Part shown: positions 37,801 through 45,539 of the stretch, piece by piece | How positions within the stretch are numbered: position 1 is the first letter of the stretch | Layout of the letters: each line of letters opens with the position of its first letter | Assembly (NCBI GenBank): GCA_004431415.1 | Contig: QPMI01000684.1 | Coordinates: forward strand, 9,517 to 73,516 | Direction of reading: 5' to 3' | From: Cyanophora paradoxa CCMP329 | Lineage: Eukaryota; Plantae; Glaucophyta | DNA: 64,000 nt | The notes under the pieces: model-generated | Databases searched by the model: none | What the model saw: only the letters and a program-made list of their open reading frames with translations | What the model was told of the DNA's origin: nothing | Made by a program: the position numbers and the translations under genes

Positions 37801-37892
37801 TTTACTTTAATATTATCAAAGTTCACATGCTTGGTGCTGCTTGCATTATCATCTTGAATGGTTTCTAGATTTGGTGGGTAATTGAAGCTCAT
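31872..37892 (-). CDS. Giant modular fibre protein (2006 aa): acidic repeats, HxH tail repeats, LamG/ConA-like domain, duplicated tip domains, C-terminal peptidase S74 chaperone
   Basis: C-terminus SDIRYKTDI...GLIAQDVEKVIPEVV...Y..LIPVLIEAVKEL plus coiled coil; YLPL.GGT+.G twice; GISELIVFNRALT..E...V..Y+..KYG; nine HTHTKDQITDFA repeats. Confidence 0.85.
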   Translation of the reverse strand: MSFNYPPNLETIQDDNASSTKHVNFDNIKVKGSVSIDHSSDNSSKTQSREHALSVNQTDPDKEDVSVAFSLGNVKANQVAEIKATRRRPRKLKTSGTHPDIPSRFDSGRLIFNVQDEQGKQNTALRIYNEGSTAKAEVPQVLQVGPIANTNQVSYTNDVYPKDITYDFARNEPFGFFTPKDVHQKKPSITINSSPSQPVAIHLHPDLVEMDRHLLPLYSNVKDLGIRTRQWRNIHGSNVYANGEKLVSEKTIREIFEYYGPVPVPFPLPWDPPDLTPKKQPGREYTADETVAFGQHIVSWEQVRNKPIIEPRKQIDEQYLPPEVDILELDEYQFVPDEEEYLPDGFDPQEYEYDQFDPNEEEILPDGLDPQEFEYEQNYEPDEEYLPDGHDPPAVDYEQPYEPHEELLPDGFRPEIWEFFPDWEQINNKPARYPPEDHNHDWDEILGKPQKYPPEDHRHDWGDIDGIPDKFAASNHEHTWDEINDQPEFAKVEPLATLGVSLYQTCNVPERIFLNHHYVHVNGTLANSAMRGPLHIRTLPGSYETPPEPGATIPNIFVSSYMEADIPTDTFRVPTDPATYQNYNSAIQVHVADVSSLDGSRPMIVFSRDKYSYIPIVGTANDNYGRAELAWIKTDYGGVLEANQRMAAKNIHNENISRVVTEDYLTAVILVNFVTLAMLDQFITEAELAAELSKYLPLVGGTITGNLTVNSNIYSSNIETSNLKVNGILTIGSCNFNTMNQVYEEWYDVPPSFDPASNISNCIFAWKASGVPGQSAMYTTIVSRVPNSVVPDLFISGASSYYTNPEINNQVSVSSPTGTFYAYTSATRTIDFSNGLTFFFVGKYHPTASSMQVHLRLYRSAFPSRYCYYGATSSTAIGMNQFTINGASQNRPVITVPSLINTWYYTDQTITSSSYTVGLNGVDIETLVGTNYLPDNTVNHFGFGNIVNGGISELIVFNRALTTSEKNAVRYYIQQKYGFTHTQTLNIYRGLKITSPDTVIDYLTVTSNANLPHHPTSNVVQGWIQNHTHTKAQITDFAHTHTKDQITDFAHTHTKDQITDFAHTHTKDQITDFAHTHTKDQITDFAHTHTKDQITDFAHTHTKDQITDFAHTHTKDQITDFAHTHTKDQITDFAHTHLWEHITNPPLTFPPDSHTHDYSTITNSNHRHPWSQIDEQPTFASSGNILTDFTNGVSLYQSNTIPERLQLNDYYVNRKGIDAGTTMEGELYIKQPTRIQMISAGGVGVIDTKPGIFLTSYYNEDITLTSGLPPLPSDPAAYDDKDAIMQVNVTDVSATDGSRPKIIFSRSKFNYVPLVGQPSDNYGKCEMSWIKTLAGGALEVNQRMAAKNLHNETLSGVVTDDYLENKDYVTNTELQLALTDVVTDNELTAALGNYLPLTGGTVNGTVNATTLQIGGTTIPKGYDFDQLDVISTDRSPNNWTVTWASRTGQNGCHTTPQNDEDCSGCWMRWLIPTGMKSFYIQHMPWYNCRYFDIYGQTVNGYQHFLKRVNAYQGIQQVNQDGTHNTILFVSINCEFYKYIYVQGRKGRIHLTGVFGWSRQRATDNELGMISWDNVFSKPSFYSAADLPQTATWATNTWLKSVDAVERIWFGNGDCTYIRGRPNGDGVSIEFRDSADGAILKSYNNGNFWVKNTITAPTINATTDLQINGNAVPKFHTADKTVGGIEFNRCSEGWTWAWSSAWDPHYNYGSYVHNNQTDDQTSTAWIDFDIPDGYHKGTAFLTYLPWTNSRIFEIWGLNRQGNEVFITSVNSYQPYSTSPDGNHSGINNVPIHLGNRFLTIRIRPKIGRVHIMGISYMKIWVGNSYGGHTGYIHWNNVYSKPNILTGTVGTWFNSSDGYNRIHFGNQTSTYLKGGGDIPLVFRNEQDTDICYMYHGGWMWIGGYLTQGSDIRYKTDIKKISGALSAIEKLEGVSFKRIGSEKDGTKLGLIAQDVEKVIPEVVNVKKDDGYLSLEYTGLIPVLIEAVKELSQKCKDQQDQIDQIKNVKV
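34491..34814 (-). repeat. Nine 36-bp in-frame tandem repeats (HTHTKDQITDFA)
   Basis: AAATCTGT recurs every 36 bp from 34495 to 34783. Confidence 0.95.
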
Positions 37893-37935
37893 GGCTTTTA
37901 CTATATGGATTTATAAAATTCCTGATAAGTAAAAG

Positions 37936-39492
37936 ATGCCCTTGAAAATCTGCCTGTCTTTATCAGGGGGAGGTGCAAGGGGCATTATCATAACCAGGCT
38001 GCTAAAAGAAATCGAAAATCGAACTGGCAGGAGAATAATCGATCTTGTGGATCTTGTGAGTGGAACTTCCACTGGTGGGATCATTGCAATAGGTTTGAAT
38101 ATAAGGCATCCTGATAAACCAGGTGAACCTAAACTCACAGCAAACGATTTACACAACATTTACCTAGCCCAACTGCCCTTGATTTTTGCAAATCCTCGAA
38201 ATATCATCGAAAATGCCCTTTTTAATACAAAATATGATGTGGGACCCTTGGAGACTGCAATCAATTCAGTTACTGGTGAATCACTAATACAGGATTCCCT
38301 AAAGGACATTGTGATTACATCCTTTGATACTCAGAATATGAAACCAATATTTATCACAAATGACAACAACTACAACTTTATGCCTTGTAAGATTGCTGCT
38401 AGGGCTACTTCTGCTGCTCCTACATATTTCTCTCCTGTAAGCATTGTTGATTTCAATCGGGGAGTATTTGTCTGTCTCATTGATGGTGCCATTTCTGGAA
38501 ACAATAATCCCAGTGTGTGTGGTTACAGCCATGCAAAGAAAATTTACAGTGATGATGATGATATTATAGTAATAAGTATATCTTGTGGAGAGGTGGACCC
38601 ACATTTAGAGTCTGATTATGTGGGTTATGCTTATGAGACTGTCAACAGCTGGGGCATTCTCTCATGGATTGCCTCAACAGATGGAAGCCCATTGATTAAC
38701 ATGCTCATGGCTGCAAGTGAGCTTTCTGCCCTTGATAAGATGGAGGAGTTGTTACCCTACAACTATGATCAGGATTATGGGAGATACTATAGGCTATCAG
38801 TCCCACTTCCAAATCATATAGTAAGCTCCCTGGATGACACTTCTAAAATCCCAGACATGCTTGCATTCACTGAAACATACATTGCAGCAAACAATGATAT
38901 GATCAATAAGCTTTGCAGCCTTCTAGTAGCAAACTACGAACTTAAGAACCCTACAAAGGCTTACATCTCATCCACTCTCACTACATCACCTCCTTTGGAT
39001 GCTAATTGGTATCAGCTTGCAGATGATGCCTTTACTGCCTCATCCTCTGTGACAGGTAAAGAGCCTTTCATGGCTAGACCTTCAGCATTTGGCTGGGAAG
39101 CTGGAGCCTTTGCTCCTGAACAGATATGGGAAACCCCCACTGAATACCTTCAAGTTGCTTTCCCATATACTTTTGAACTCTCTTCTGTGATTGCCTATGG
39201 ATCAGGGGACACCAATGCTTTTATTAAGACTTTCAATGTGGCAACATCCACTGATGGGATCAACTGGTCTTTTATTCGATCAGATGGGCAGAACAAAATA
39301 TATGTCTGTGAGAACATTAACAATGCTCACAACTCTGGTGATGTGGCTCTATTGAGTGGATTTCCTCTCAGCATCAAGGATGCTTTTTACATAGGTTTCT
39401 CTCTCAGAATTAAATATATTCGCATTTATCCCCTTGTGTATGTGAATGCTCCCACAATGAGAGTTGATTTCACAGGTGCCTTTATTCGATAA
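37936..39492 (+). CDS. Patatin-like phospholipase fused to a C-terminal F5/8 type C (discoidin) domain
   Basis: LSLSGGGARG, GTSTG nucleophile elbow, ATSAAPTYF, LIDGA; C-terminus FTASSS..EYLQV.F..FIKTF.+.TSTDGINW..KYIRIYP....MRVDF.G. Confidence 0.9.
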   Translation: MPLKICLSLSGGGARGIIITRLLKEIENRTGRRIIDLVDLVSGTSTGGIIAIGLNIRHPDKPGEPKLTANDLHNIYLAQLPLIFANPRNIIENALFNTKYDVGPLETAINSVTGESLIQDSLKDIVITSFDTQNMKPIFITNDNNYNFMPCKIAARATSAAPTYFSPVSIVDFNRGVFVCLIDGAISGNNNPSVCGYSHAKKIYSDDDDIIVISISCGEVDPHLESDYVGYAYETVNSWGILSWIASTDGSPLINMLMAASELSALDKMEELLPYNYDQDYGRYYRLSVPLPNHIVSSLDDTSKIPDMLAFTETYIAANNDMINKLCSLLVANYELKNPTKAYISSTLTTSPPLDANWYQLADDAFTASSSVTGKEPFMARPSAFGWEAGAFAPEQIWETPTEYLQVAFPYTFELSSVIAYGSGDTNAFIKTFNVATSTDGINWSFIRSDGQNKIYVCENINNAHNSGDVALLSGFPLSIKDAFYIGFSLRIKYIRIYPLVYVNAPTMRVDFTGAFIR

Positions 39493-40414
39493 ACTCCAAC
39501 TGAAAAGAATTATCGATTCCATTCATATCAATCAGTTCACCAAAGTAATCTTTAAACTCAACTGTGAGTTCCCTTATCACCAGGTTTCTGTCATTGATTT
39601 GAATAAATTCTGCATGTTCACCACTATGGTAAACATAGCCACCTATATCTTTACTCAATTGTAATCTAAGGATAGCTCCCTGGTTTTGTGGTTGCGATTT
39701 CGGAATTATATTGTGTCTACTTGCAAAGGGGGCAAGCTCTTTAATATGCATGTACAGATACTGCTCAGCATTCATATCAGACATCTTATTACTGGTGAAA
39801 TAATACTGCAAGGGCTTTGAGGAGAGTCTGGGTCCTGAGAAGGTGATTCCCCATGCTGGGTGATCAGGTGTAATAGGTTTGCCATCATACTTTAAAAGGT
39901 TCTCAGGTCGATATGGAGATCCACCAACAGGAGGAGTGCTATAATACCCAGTGGTGTATTCAGTAGAACTTACACCCAAAAGCTTCCCTATTCGCTTGTT
40001 GCTTGCAATAAAACGGAACTCATGGTTACTGTAAAACTCCACTTTATAGGTAGTTGGATTGTAGAATATCTTGAACTCAAAAAACACAGTTTTATCTGCA
40101 ATGGTTTTGAAGCTTGAATAGTTCAGCCCATAATTATAGGGATGTGTGACCCCAAAATGACCCTGGTTAATGTAGCCACTGGGAAGGGGATACACTTTCT
40201 GTGTGATGATTTCATTGTATGAACCATCTTGGTAGTTAAAATCAACTGTTAAATGATCAGTTCCCACACTGTTATAGATACTGTTTGGAATCTCTGCATA
40301 TAGAACCCTGCATTCCCTTGGTCTCTCTACTGGAGTTGTGAGAGTGACCCTGTAAGAGTTTTCATTTTGTCCTTGGCTTCTATCCCTGCTATCAATATTA
40401 ACAAGTCGATTCAT
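39482..40414 (-). CDS. Minor capsid (penton-like, single jelly-roll) protein 1
   Basis: N-terminal +NIDSRDR....N.Y.V.L..P......+..AEIPNS.YN; C-terminal YLY+.I.EL...I.EL.VEF.D..GELID.NG.D.SF.LEF, typical of PLV/NCLDV pentons. Confidence 0.8.
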   Translation of the reverse strand: MNRLVNIDSRDRSQGQNENSYRVTLTTPVERPRECRVLYAEIPNSIYNSVGTDHLTVDFNYQDGSYNEIITQKVYPLPSGYINQGHFGVTHPYNYGLNYSSFKTIADKTVFFEFKIFYNPTTYKVEFYSNHEFRFIASNKRIGKLLGVSSTEYTTGYYSTPPVGGSPYRPENLLKYDGKPITPDHPAWGITFSGPRLSSKPLQYYFTSNKMSDMNAEQYLYMHIKELAPFASRHNIIPKSQPQNQGAILRLQLSKDIGGYVYHSGEHAEFIQINDRNLVIRELTVEFKDYFGELIDMNGIDNSFQLEFIE

Positions 40415-40443
40415 TTTAATATATAAATATAGATAAAAGAAGA

Positions 40444-41454
40444 ATGCCTGTGGATTACATCGAGGTTAGCTCATTTAATACAATCTCTGGTGATGGTCCC
40501 ACATCAAGCTTTGTGGCTAGACTCCCCAGTAGTTATGAGAATGTGAGGGCTGTAAGACTGGTATCAGCCGAATTTTATAACAGCATCCCTATGGTGAGTG
40601 GGGAAACCAAAGTAGGAGATGTAACAATCGACAATTCATTTAGTATTTACTATTCTGAAGAACTTGCAGGAGCTGGAATTGATGGTATCCCCACAGTTCG
40701 CCCAGCTGAGGACTTTGAACAGTGGAAACAAATCATTATAAGTCGCAAAGCCCCCATCCAAAGCCACCAACAACTGGTGAATGTTATTAATGAAAAGTTC
40801 GATTTAAAAAATCCTAAACCATCTCTTCGCTGCAAATGGGATGAGTCACTGAAACGAATAGTATTCCATTCCGAAAAAAAGTTTTACCTGGCTTTCTCAC
40901 TTGCTGTAAATCCAAACCTGCAAACAATTCAAAAGCTATTGAGTTCAGGTAGACTGCTTGGTCTTGATCCTGGAAGATATGGCAATTCCTCAATCCAATC
41001 ACAAGTTTATGATGCTCTCACTGATGGTATCTTTACTGGAACTCGAGTGAACGGTATTCTATCTTCATTTGAGCCTGAAAAGACCAGAGATAGTGTTTTG
41101 TTTGTGAGAGTAAAGGAGCTGGGTGATCTGGTGCAATGTGGGGATGGTCTTCTGACTGGTTACTTCCATAAAATAGTGGTCCCTGACAAAGATTATGGTG
41201 AGCATGTAGTTTACAATTCGACAGAGGCTCATCCACTTTATAAATACTATAATAAGAAGGTTGGATTATCCACTTTCTCGGTTGATATTGTAAATGCTAT
41301 TAATGAACCAATTGATTTTGAGGGTCAACCTGTTCATCTGACCTTTGAAATTCGCTATGGTGATGAGCCAGCAGGCGACCCTGTTTATGAATACTTTAAG
41401 ATGCGAATGTCACAGCTTCACCCTTCCTATCCAGTTATTACAAGCTTCGCATAA
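40444..41454 (+). CDS. Minor capsid (penton-like) protein 2
   Basis: SSF..RLP..YENV..VRL.SAEF.NS ... LF+.+KEL ... LS.F.VDI......PIDF.G....LTFEI. Confidence 0.75.
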   Translation: MPVDYIEVSSFNTISGDGPTSSFVARLPSSYENVRAVRLVSAEFYNSIPMVSGETKVGDVTIDNSFSIYYSEELAGAGIDGIPTVRPAEDFEQWKQIIISRKAPIQSHQQLVNVINEKFDLKNPKPSLRCKWDESLKRIVFHSEKKFYLAFSLAVNPNLQTIQKLLSSGRLLGLDPGRYGNSSIQSQVYDALTDGIFTGTRVNGILSSFEPEKTRDSVLFVRVKELGDLVQCGDGLLTGYFHKIVVPDKDYGEHVVYNSTEAHPLYKYYNKKVGLSTFSVDIVNAINEPIDFEGQPVHLTFEIRYGDEPAGDPVYEYFKMRMSQLHPSYPVITSFA

Positions 41455-41507
41455 ATTAAGGATCATTGGTAGATTTTTTATGTTGCAGTATAATAAAAGA
41501 GAATATA

Positions 41508-42875
41508 ATGGATATCACTTCCACTCTTCAAAGACTTTCGCTGAAAGAAGCCCTAACAACCCCAGAGGAGGCGAAAGCCTTTTTCTTGGATAACTCCCTT
41601 ATGCTTGGTCTCGAATCCAAGTCTAAGCCAGTTCTAGTTGTTGTGAATCCCAGCAATACTTTTGAGAATAATGTAGGAAATCGCATTTCCTTCAAGCTAC
41701 CTCGCTACAATTTCTGTGGAAAACTCGAACTTGCTTTCGACCTTCCAGCCATCACTTTTGCTGGTGATACGGACCTTGTTCGCAATGGATACACTCGCCC
41801 TGTTGGTGCTTTAGTTCAGCGACTTGAAATTACCTATGGATCTTACACCTACCACATTCCTTCTGATTTCCTTGCTCATTTCCCCCTGGTCTATTATTCG
41901 GAGGATCAACTAGCTAAAAAGAAACGCTCAATGGGCATGGTTCATGGTATCCCTGCTCATGGAACCAACCGACTTGGTGGCTCATTTTTCGTTGAAATCC
42001 CTGTGCCTTGGCTAAATCACTATCTTCCCCTTGGTGCTTTATCTGGTGAAATGGTTGTTACTGTTTGGTTTAAGGATGCTGATAAGGGTTATGTTGAAAC
42101 TTCCTATGGTGGTCGTGAACTCACAACTGCTGTTGGAACTGTTGATGCAACTGCTGATGATGGTCTTGGAAACTTTACAGATGGAACCCTTGCCCATGTT
42201 GGTCAAAATATCACAACTTTCAGTCTTGGTGCAACAACCCCTGTCATTTCTATTACTTCTCCTCGCCTTTACATGCATGCTATTAATGTTTCTGATGAGC
42301 TTTTCGCTACTGTAATTGAAAAAGTAAAGACTACTGGCATGGCTATTCCTGCTCTAGACATTGGATTTGTAGATGCTAGTGCTTTCCCTGCCAAGGGCAA
42401 TGCCCAACCCAATCGAATTAACCTCTCTCAAATCTCAGGTCTTGTATATGCTCTGCTTGTTTCAGTTCGTGATAATGCAACTGTTGATAAATCCAATGGC
42501 TCCCACAGTGTTCTTAAGACCTATGCCAACTCCAAAGACATAACATTCACAACTGAAATAAATGGACAGCGACTTTTTGCCACTGAGCCAATTTCCCTAC
42601 TCAAAGGTGCTGAGCTAATTGCTGATGCCTTCAAATGCTCTAACATGGACAAGGTTGCTGATCGCTATGTCCTTTCAGGACTCCCATTCTGCCTTGATGG
42701 AGAAAAGGCAATTCGAAATATTGCCCAGTCTGGTTATGTTGATTTAACAAATTCCTCTTCTTCCTTCCTCACCCTCTACATGCCTTCAGATAAGGTAATC
42801 GATGTTAATGTTCGCGCTCTCATGCATTCGTTCATAATTGTAGACAAAGATGGATTACGTCGTATAAATTTGTAG
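41508..42875 (+). CDS. Major capsid protein (double jelly-roll, PLV-type)
   Basis: 455 aa from the first ATG; ISFKLPR....GKL.L.FDLP, LV..LEI..G, beta-rich; located between a penton and the ATPase. Confidence 0.75.
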   Translation: MDITSTLQRLSLKEALTTPEEAKAFFLDNSLMLGLESKSKPVLVVVNPSNTFENNVGNRISFKLPRYNFCGKLELAFDLPAITFAGDTDLVRNGYTRPVGALVQRLEITYGSYTYHIPSDFLAHFPLVYYSEDQLAKKKRSMGMVHGIPAHGTNRLGGSFFVEIPVPWLNHYLPLGALSGEMVVTVWFKDADKGYVETSYGGRELTTAVGTVDATADDGLGNFTDGTLAHVGQNITTFSLGATTPVISITSPRLYMHAINVSDELFATVIEKVKTTGMAIPALDIGFVDASAFPAKGNAQPNRINLSQISGLVYALLVSVRDNATVDKSNGSHSVLKTYANSKDITFTTEINGQRLFATEPISLLKGAELIADAFKCSNMDKVADRYVLSGLPFCLDGEKAIRNIAQSGYVDLTNSSSSFLTLYMPSDKVIDVNVRALMHSFIIVDKDGLRRINL

Positions 42876-42940
42876 ATTGTTACGATTTTCAGTCTCCCTG
42901 CATTATTTTTATCTGTCTTTATGTAGAAAGATATACAACA

Positions 42941-43723
42941 ATGAATGATCTGGAAGAATTTAATGCTGGTGAAATGATAGAACCACCATTTCGTGTATTG
43001 GCAATCGGGAAATCAGCCACTGGTAAATCAGAAGCTGTAAAGTATTGGTTAAAGCAGTTACATGATGCCAAAAAGATTGATGTTGTTTTAGTTGTGAGTG
43101 GAACCAGCTTCAATCATTTCTGGGATAAAGTGGCAACACTGCAACTGGGAAAATGGGATGCCCCTTACATTGCTAAATTGCTAGATGAGAGGCAAGAGAA
43201 AATAGAAAAGGGTGAGCCTGTTAACCAGTTATGTGTAGTTTTAGATGATTTAATCGATAATGAGATAGTCGATCTCACAAGGGATAAAATAATCGGATCT
43301 CTGTATTCCAGAGGTCGCCATTCGAAAATATCCATTATCTGCATCACACAAAAGCTAAGGAAAGTCTCGTCGACTATTCGAGTTAATTCTGACTATGCTA
43401 TGTTTCTCAGTGCTGCTAATCGCAAAGAACTTGAAGCCATAGAGGAAGAATACAATATAATGCGAAATAAAGAGGATTTCTACAAGATGTTTGAAGAGTA
43501 TGTTCACTCCTATCAATATATCATTTGGTCCTCTGCAAACTACTCAGTTAAATACTATGTAGATAAAGCTGAGCTTGTGAAAGATTTCCCATTTCCTCGC
43601 TTCCACAGGAAGCCAAAAAAGAAAGAGGATGAACTGAAACCACCAGAAAAAGAGGAAGCCCCCAAAGAAGTGAAAAGCCAAGTCCATAGCAATAAATTGA
43701 TGCGATATAAACGCGGTTTATAA
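42941..43723 (+). CDS. A32-like (FtsK-HerA) genome packaging ATPase
   Basis: Walker A GKSATGKS, Walker B VVLDDL, RGRH.KISII.ITQ, IR.N.DY. Confidence 0.93.
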   Translation: MNDLEEFNAGEMIEPPFRVLAIGKSATGKSEAVKYWLKQLHDAKKIDVVLVVSGTSFNHFWDKVATLQLGKWDAPYIAKLLDERQEKIEKGEPVNQLCVVLDDLIDNEIVDLTRDKIIGSLYSRGRHSKISIICITQKLRKVSSTIRVNSDYAMFLSAANRKELEAIEEEYNIMRNKEDFYKMFEEYVHSYQYIIWSSANYSVKYYVDKAELVKDFPFPRFHRKPKKKEDELKPPEKEEAPKEVKSQVHSNKLMRYKRGL

Positions 43724-43751
43724 AATTATCTCTCATTCTAATAAAGATACA

Positions 43752-44486
43752 ATGCCTCCCAAACGAAAAATAGGGATCCCTGCTGGGGCTGTTGGCTATT
43801 CAGGTGGTGGAAACAATGGATCCATTAACACAGACCCACTGAAATTCAATGGTATGAATGAAGTGAAGCCCTCTCAACAACAAGAAGACCCCCTCAATGC
43901 TGCCTATGAGGAATCATTTGATGACAAAGCCCCACAGGCTTCAACCAGTGACCAACTCAACATTTCACCTGAAGCCTCAAAGATGAAGGCTGTTGCTGAG
44001 GGAGCCAGGCGAATTATTGGTGCTGCTGATGATAAAGGTTTAGGCTTGCAAGATCTATCACTGGCTCGCAAAGGTGAAGGTCTAAGTAAAGAATCAGACA
44101 AGGTTATTCAGTCTATGGCTGGTGAAGTCACATACAAGACTGCTCCCACTCAAAATATTCATCGAATTCCCAAGGCTCAATGGGATGAGATGACTGCTAA
44201 ACTCAAAGACCTGGAAGCCAAATCAAGTGCCTTGGAGCAGTATGTTACTGAGAAGAAAGAGAGAGCCAAGCTAAAGGAGATGCTTCGAAAGGAAGTTTAT
44301 AAAATGGGAATCACTGGTGTCCCGGATAAACAGTTTATTGCTAAGAAAGAGAACCAAATCGATGAGCAGGCAGTAGATGAAATGAAAACAAAGACCCAAA
44401 AGGGAACCATTGAACCTGGTGCCACCAAAGCTGAAGTAGAAAAGGGAGTTGCCCCAACAGTATATAAAAGACGAGTTTGGCTTTAA
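43752..44486 (+). CDS. Hypothetical protein (244 aa; N-terminal basic motif, coiled coil)
   Basis: ATG ORF in the structural block; MPPKRK resembles an NLS. Confidence 0.65.
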   Translation: MPPKRKIGIPAGAVGYSGGGNNGSINTDPLKFNGMNEVKPSQQQEDPLNAAYEESFDDKAPQASTSDQLNISPEASKMKAVAEGARRIIGAADDKGLGLQDLSLARKGEGLSKESDKVIQSMAGEVTYKTAPTQNIHRIPKAQWDEMTAKLKDLEAKSSALEQYVTEKKERAKLKEMLRKEVYKMGITGVPDKQFIAKKENQIDEQAVDEMKTKTQKGTIEPGATKAEVEKGVAPTVYKRRVWL

Positions 44487-44508
44487 TTATCTCTGTTTTA
44501 TTAGAGAT

Positions 44509-44781
44509 ATGGACATAATACGAAAGTTCTTCGAGATGTTCAGTCTGCATGTGGTGAGCAATTGCCACAGTGGATGTTGTGAGACAACAGTGGAGTTTGA
44601 GATGTCAGATAATGAGGATAATGCCTCAGAAGCAAGAGAGAGAAGGAGATCAACAGTTTCTGTGGAGTCAATGCCAGCAGACCCCACAGAGTATACATAT
44701 GAGCAACAGGAGTATCCAAGGAGAAGTTCTTTGCCAGGCGAAAACGTTTTCTCAGCAAATATTAATGGAGGATACAATTAG
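44509..44781 (+). CDS. Small hypothetical protein
   Basis: MDIIRKFFEMF...SNCHSGCC, from the first ATG of ORF 44449..44781. Confidence 0.45.
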   Translation: MDIIRKFFEMFSLHVVSNCHSGCCETTVEFEMSDNEDNASEARERRRSTVSVESMPADPTEYTYEQQEYPRRSSLPGENVFSANINGGYN

Positions 44782-45010
44782 TTTGATCGAGTTTACCAGT
44801 GATGAGCCTTTAACTGAGGGTGCTATTAGACACATTCTAGCAAAGCAGAAACGATATAGAGAGGACCCAGAATATAGAGAGTATAAAAAGCAGCAAGCCC
44901 TGGCATCCTATTATCGCAGAAAAGCCCAAAAAGAGGAGCAGAGACCCAGAGGGAGACCGATTAAATATTATTTGCCTACTGATAGTAGCAATGGACCCCC
45001 AGGTCTATAA
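44765..45010 (+). CDS. Small basic protein with AT-hook-like RPRGRP
   Basis: MEDTISL...YREDPEYRE...YYRRK...RPRGRPIKY. Confidence 0.55.
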   Translation: MEDTISLIEFTSDEPLTEGAIRHILAKQKRYREDPEYREYKKQQALASYYRRKAQKEEQRPRGRPIKYYLPTDSSNGPPGL

Positions 45011-45097
45011 GATAATCGAGAAAAAGCGGTCTCAGTATGCTACTGAGGCAGCTATAAAAATATATACAAAGGAATTGGCTTTATACTTGCAATCAAG

Positions 45098-45319
45098 TCA
45101 CAGATAACTTTTGTAAATATGCTTTTGTTGTTTTTTGTTTGCATTCTCAGACACTGAAACAGTAATGTGAATGTTAACTGATCTATTTCTCTTTGGTTTA
45201 GCTGCATACATATTGTAACCTATCAATCTCTGTGACATTTCGATATATGCTCCAATATCTCCATGCTTAATGCATTTATCTAACTCAGTCATGGTCATCT
45301 CATCAAGAGTCTTTGCCAT
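45098..45319 (-). CDS. Small hypothetical protein
   Basis: MAKTLDEMTM..., from an internal ATG of ORF 45098..45394. Confidence 0.4.
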   Translation of the reverse strand: MAKTLDEMTMTELDKCIKHGDIGAYIEMSQRLIGYNMYAAKPKRNRSVNIHITVSVSENANKKQQKHIYKSYL

Positions 45320-45387
45320 TTTGTCTTCACTATACACAATCAAGTAAGCCTTAAGTATTCTTGTCAAATTTTGGTCTTTTCCGATAG

Positions 45388-45498
45388 GTGTCACAGGTGT
45401 TCACAGGTTTTTATCGTCCCCTGGTCATTTTTCTTTTTATAGCCCCCTAGATGGGATGGACCTGTGACACCTGTGAACAACACCATTTCCAGTAAGGC
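45388..45498. promoter_or_regulatory. Internal copy of the TIR iteron hairpin; candidate replication origin
   Basis: GTGTCACAGGTGTTCACAGGT...GGGATGGACCTGTGACACCTGTGAACA followed by ACCAT...CAGTAAGG, as in the TIR copies; ~40 bp from the helicase stop codon. Confidence 0.6.
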
Positions 45499-45539
45499 TA
45501 TAAAAAATACATATACATTTCAATCATAAATCGTTTTGT

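Noticed and set aside
41508-42875. Classification as a mavirus-type virophage
   Set aside because: No cysteine protease recognised, and MCP size and penton motifs look PLV/NCLDV-like; needs an HMM test.
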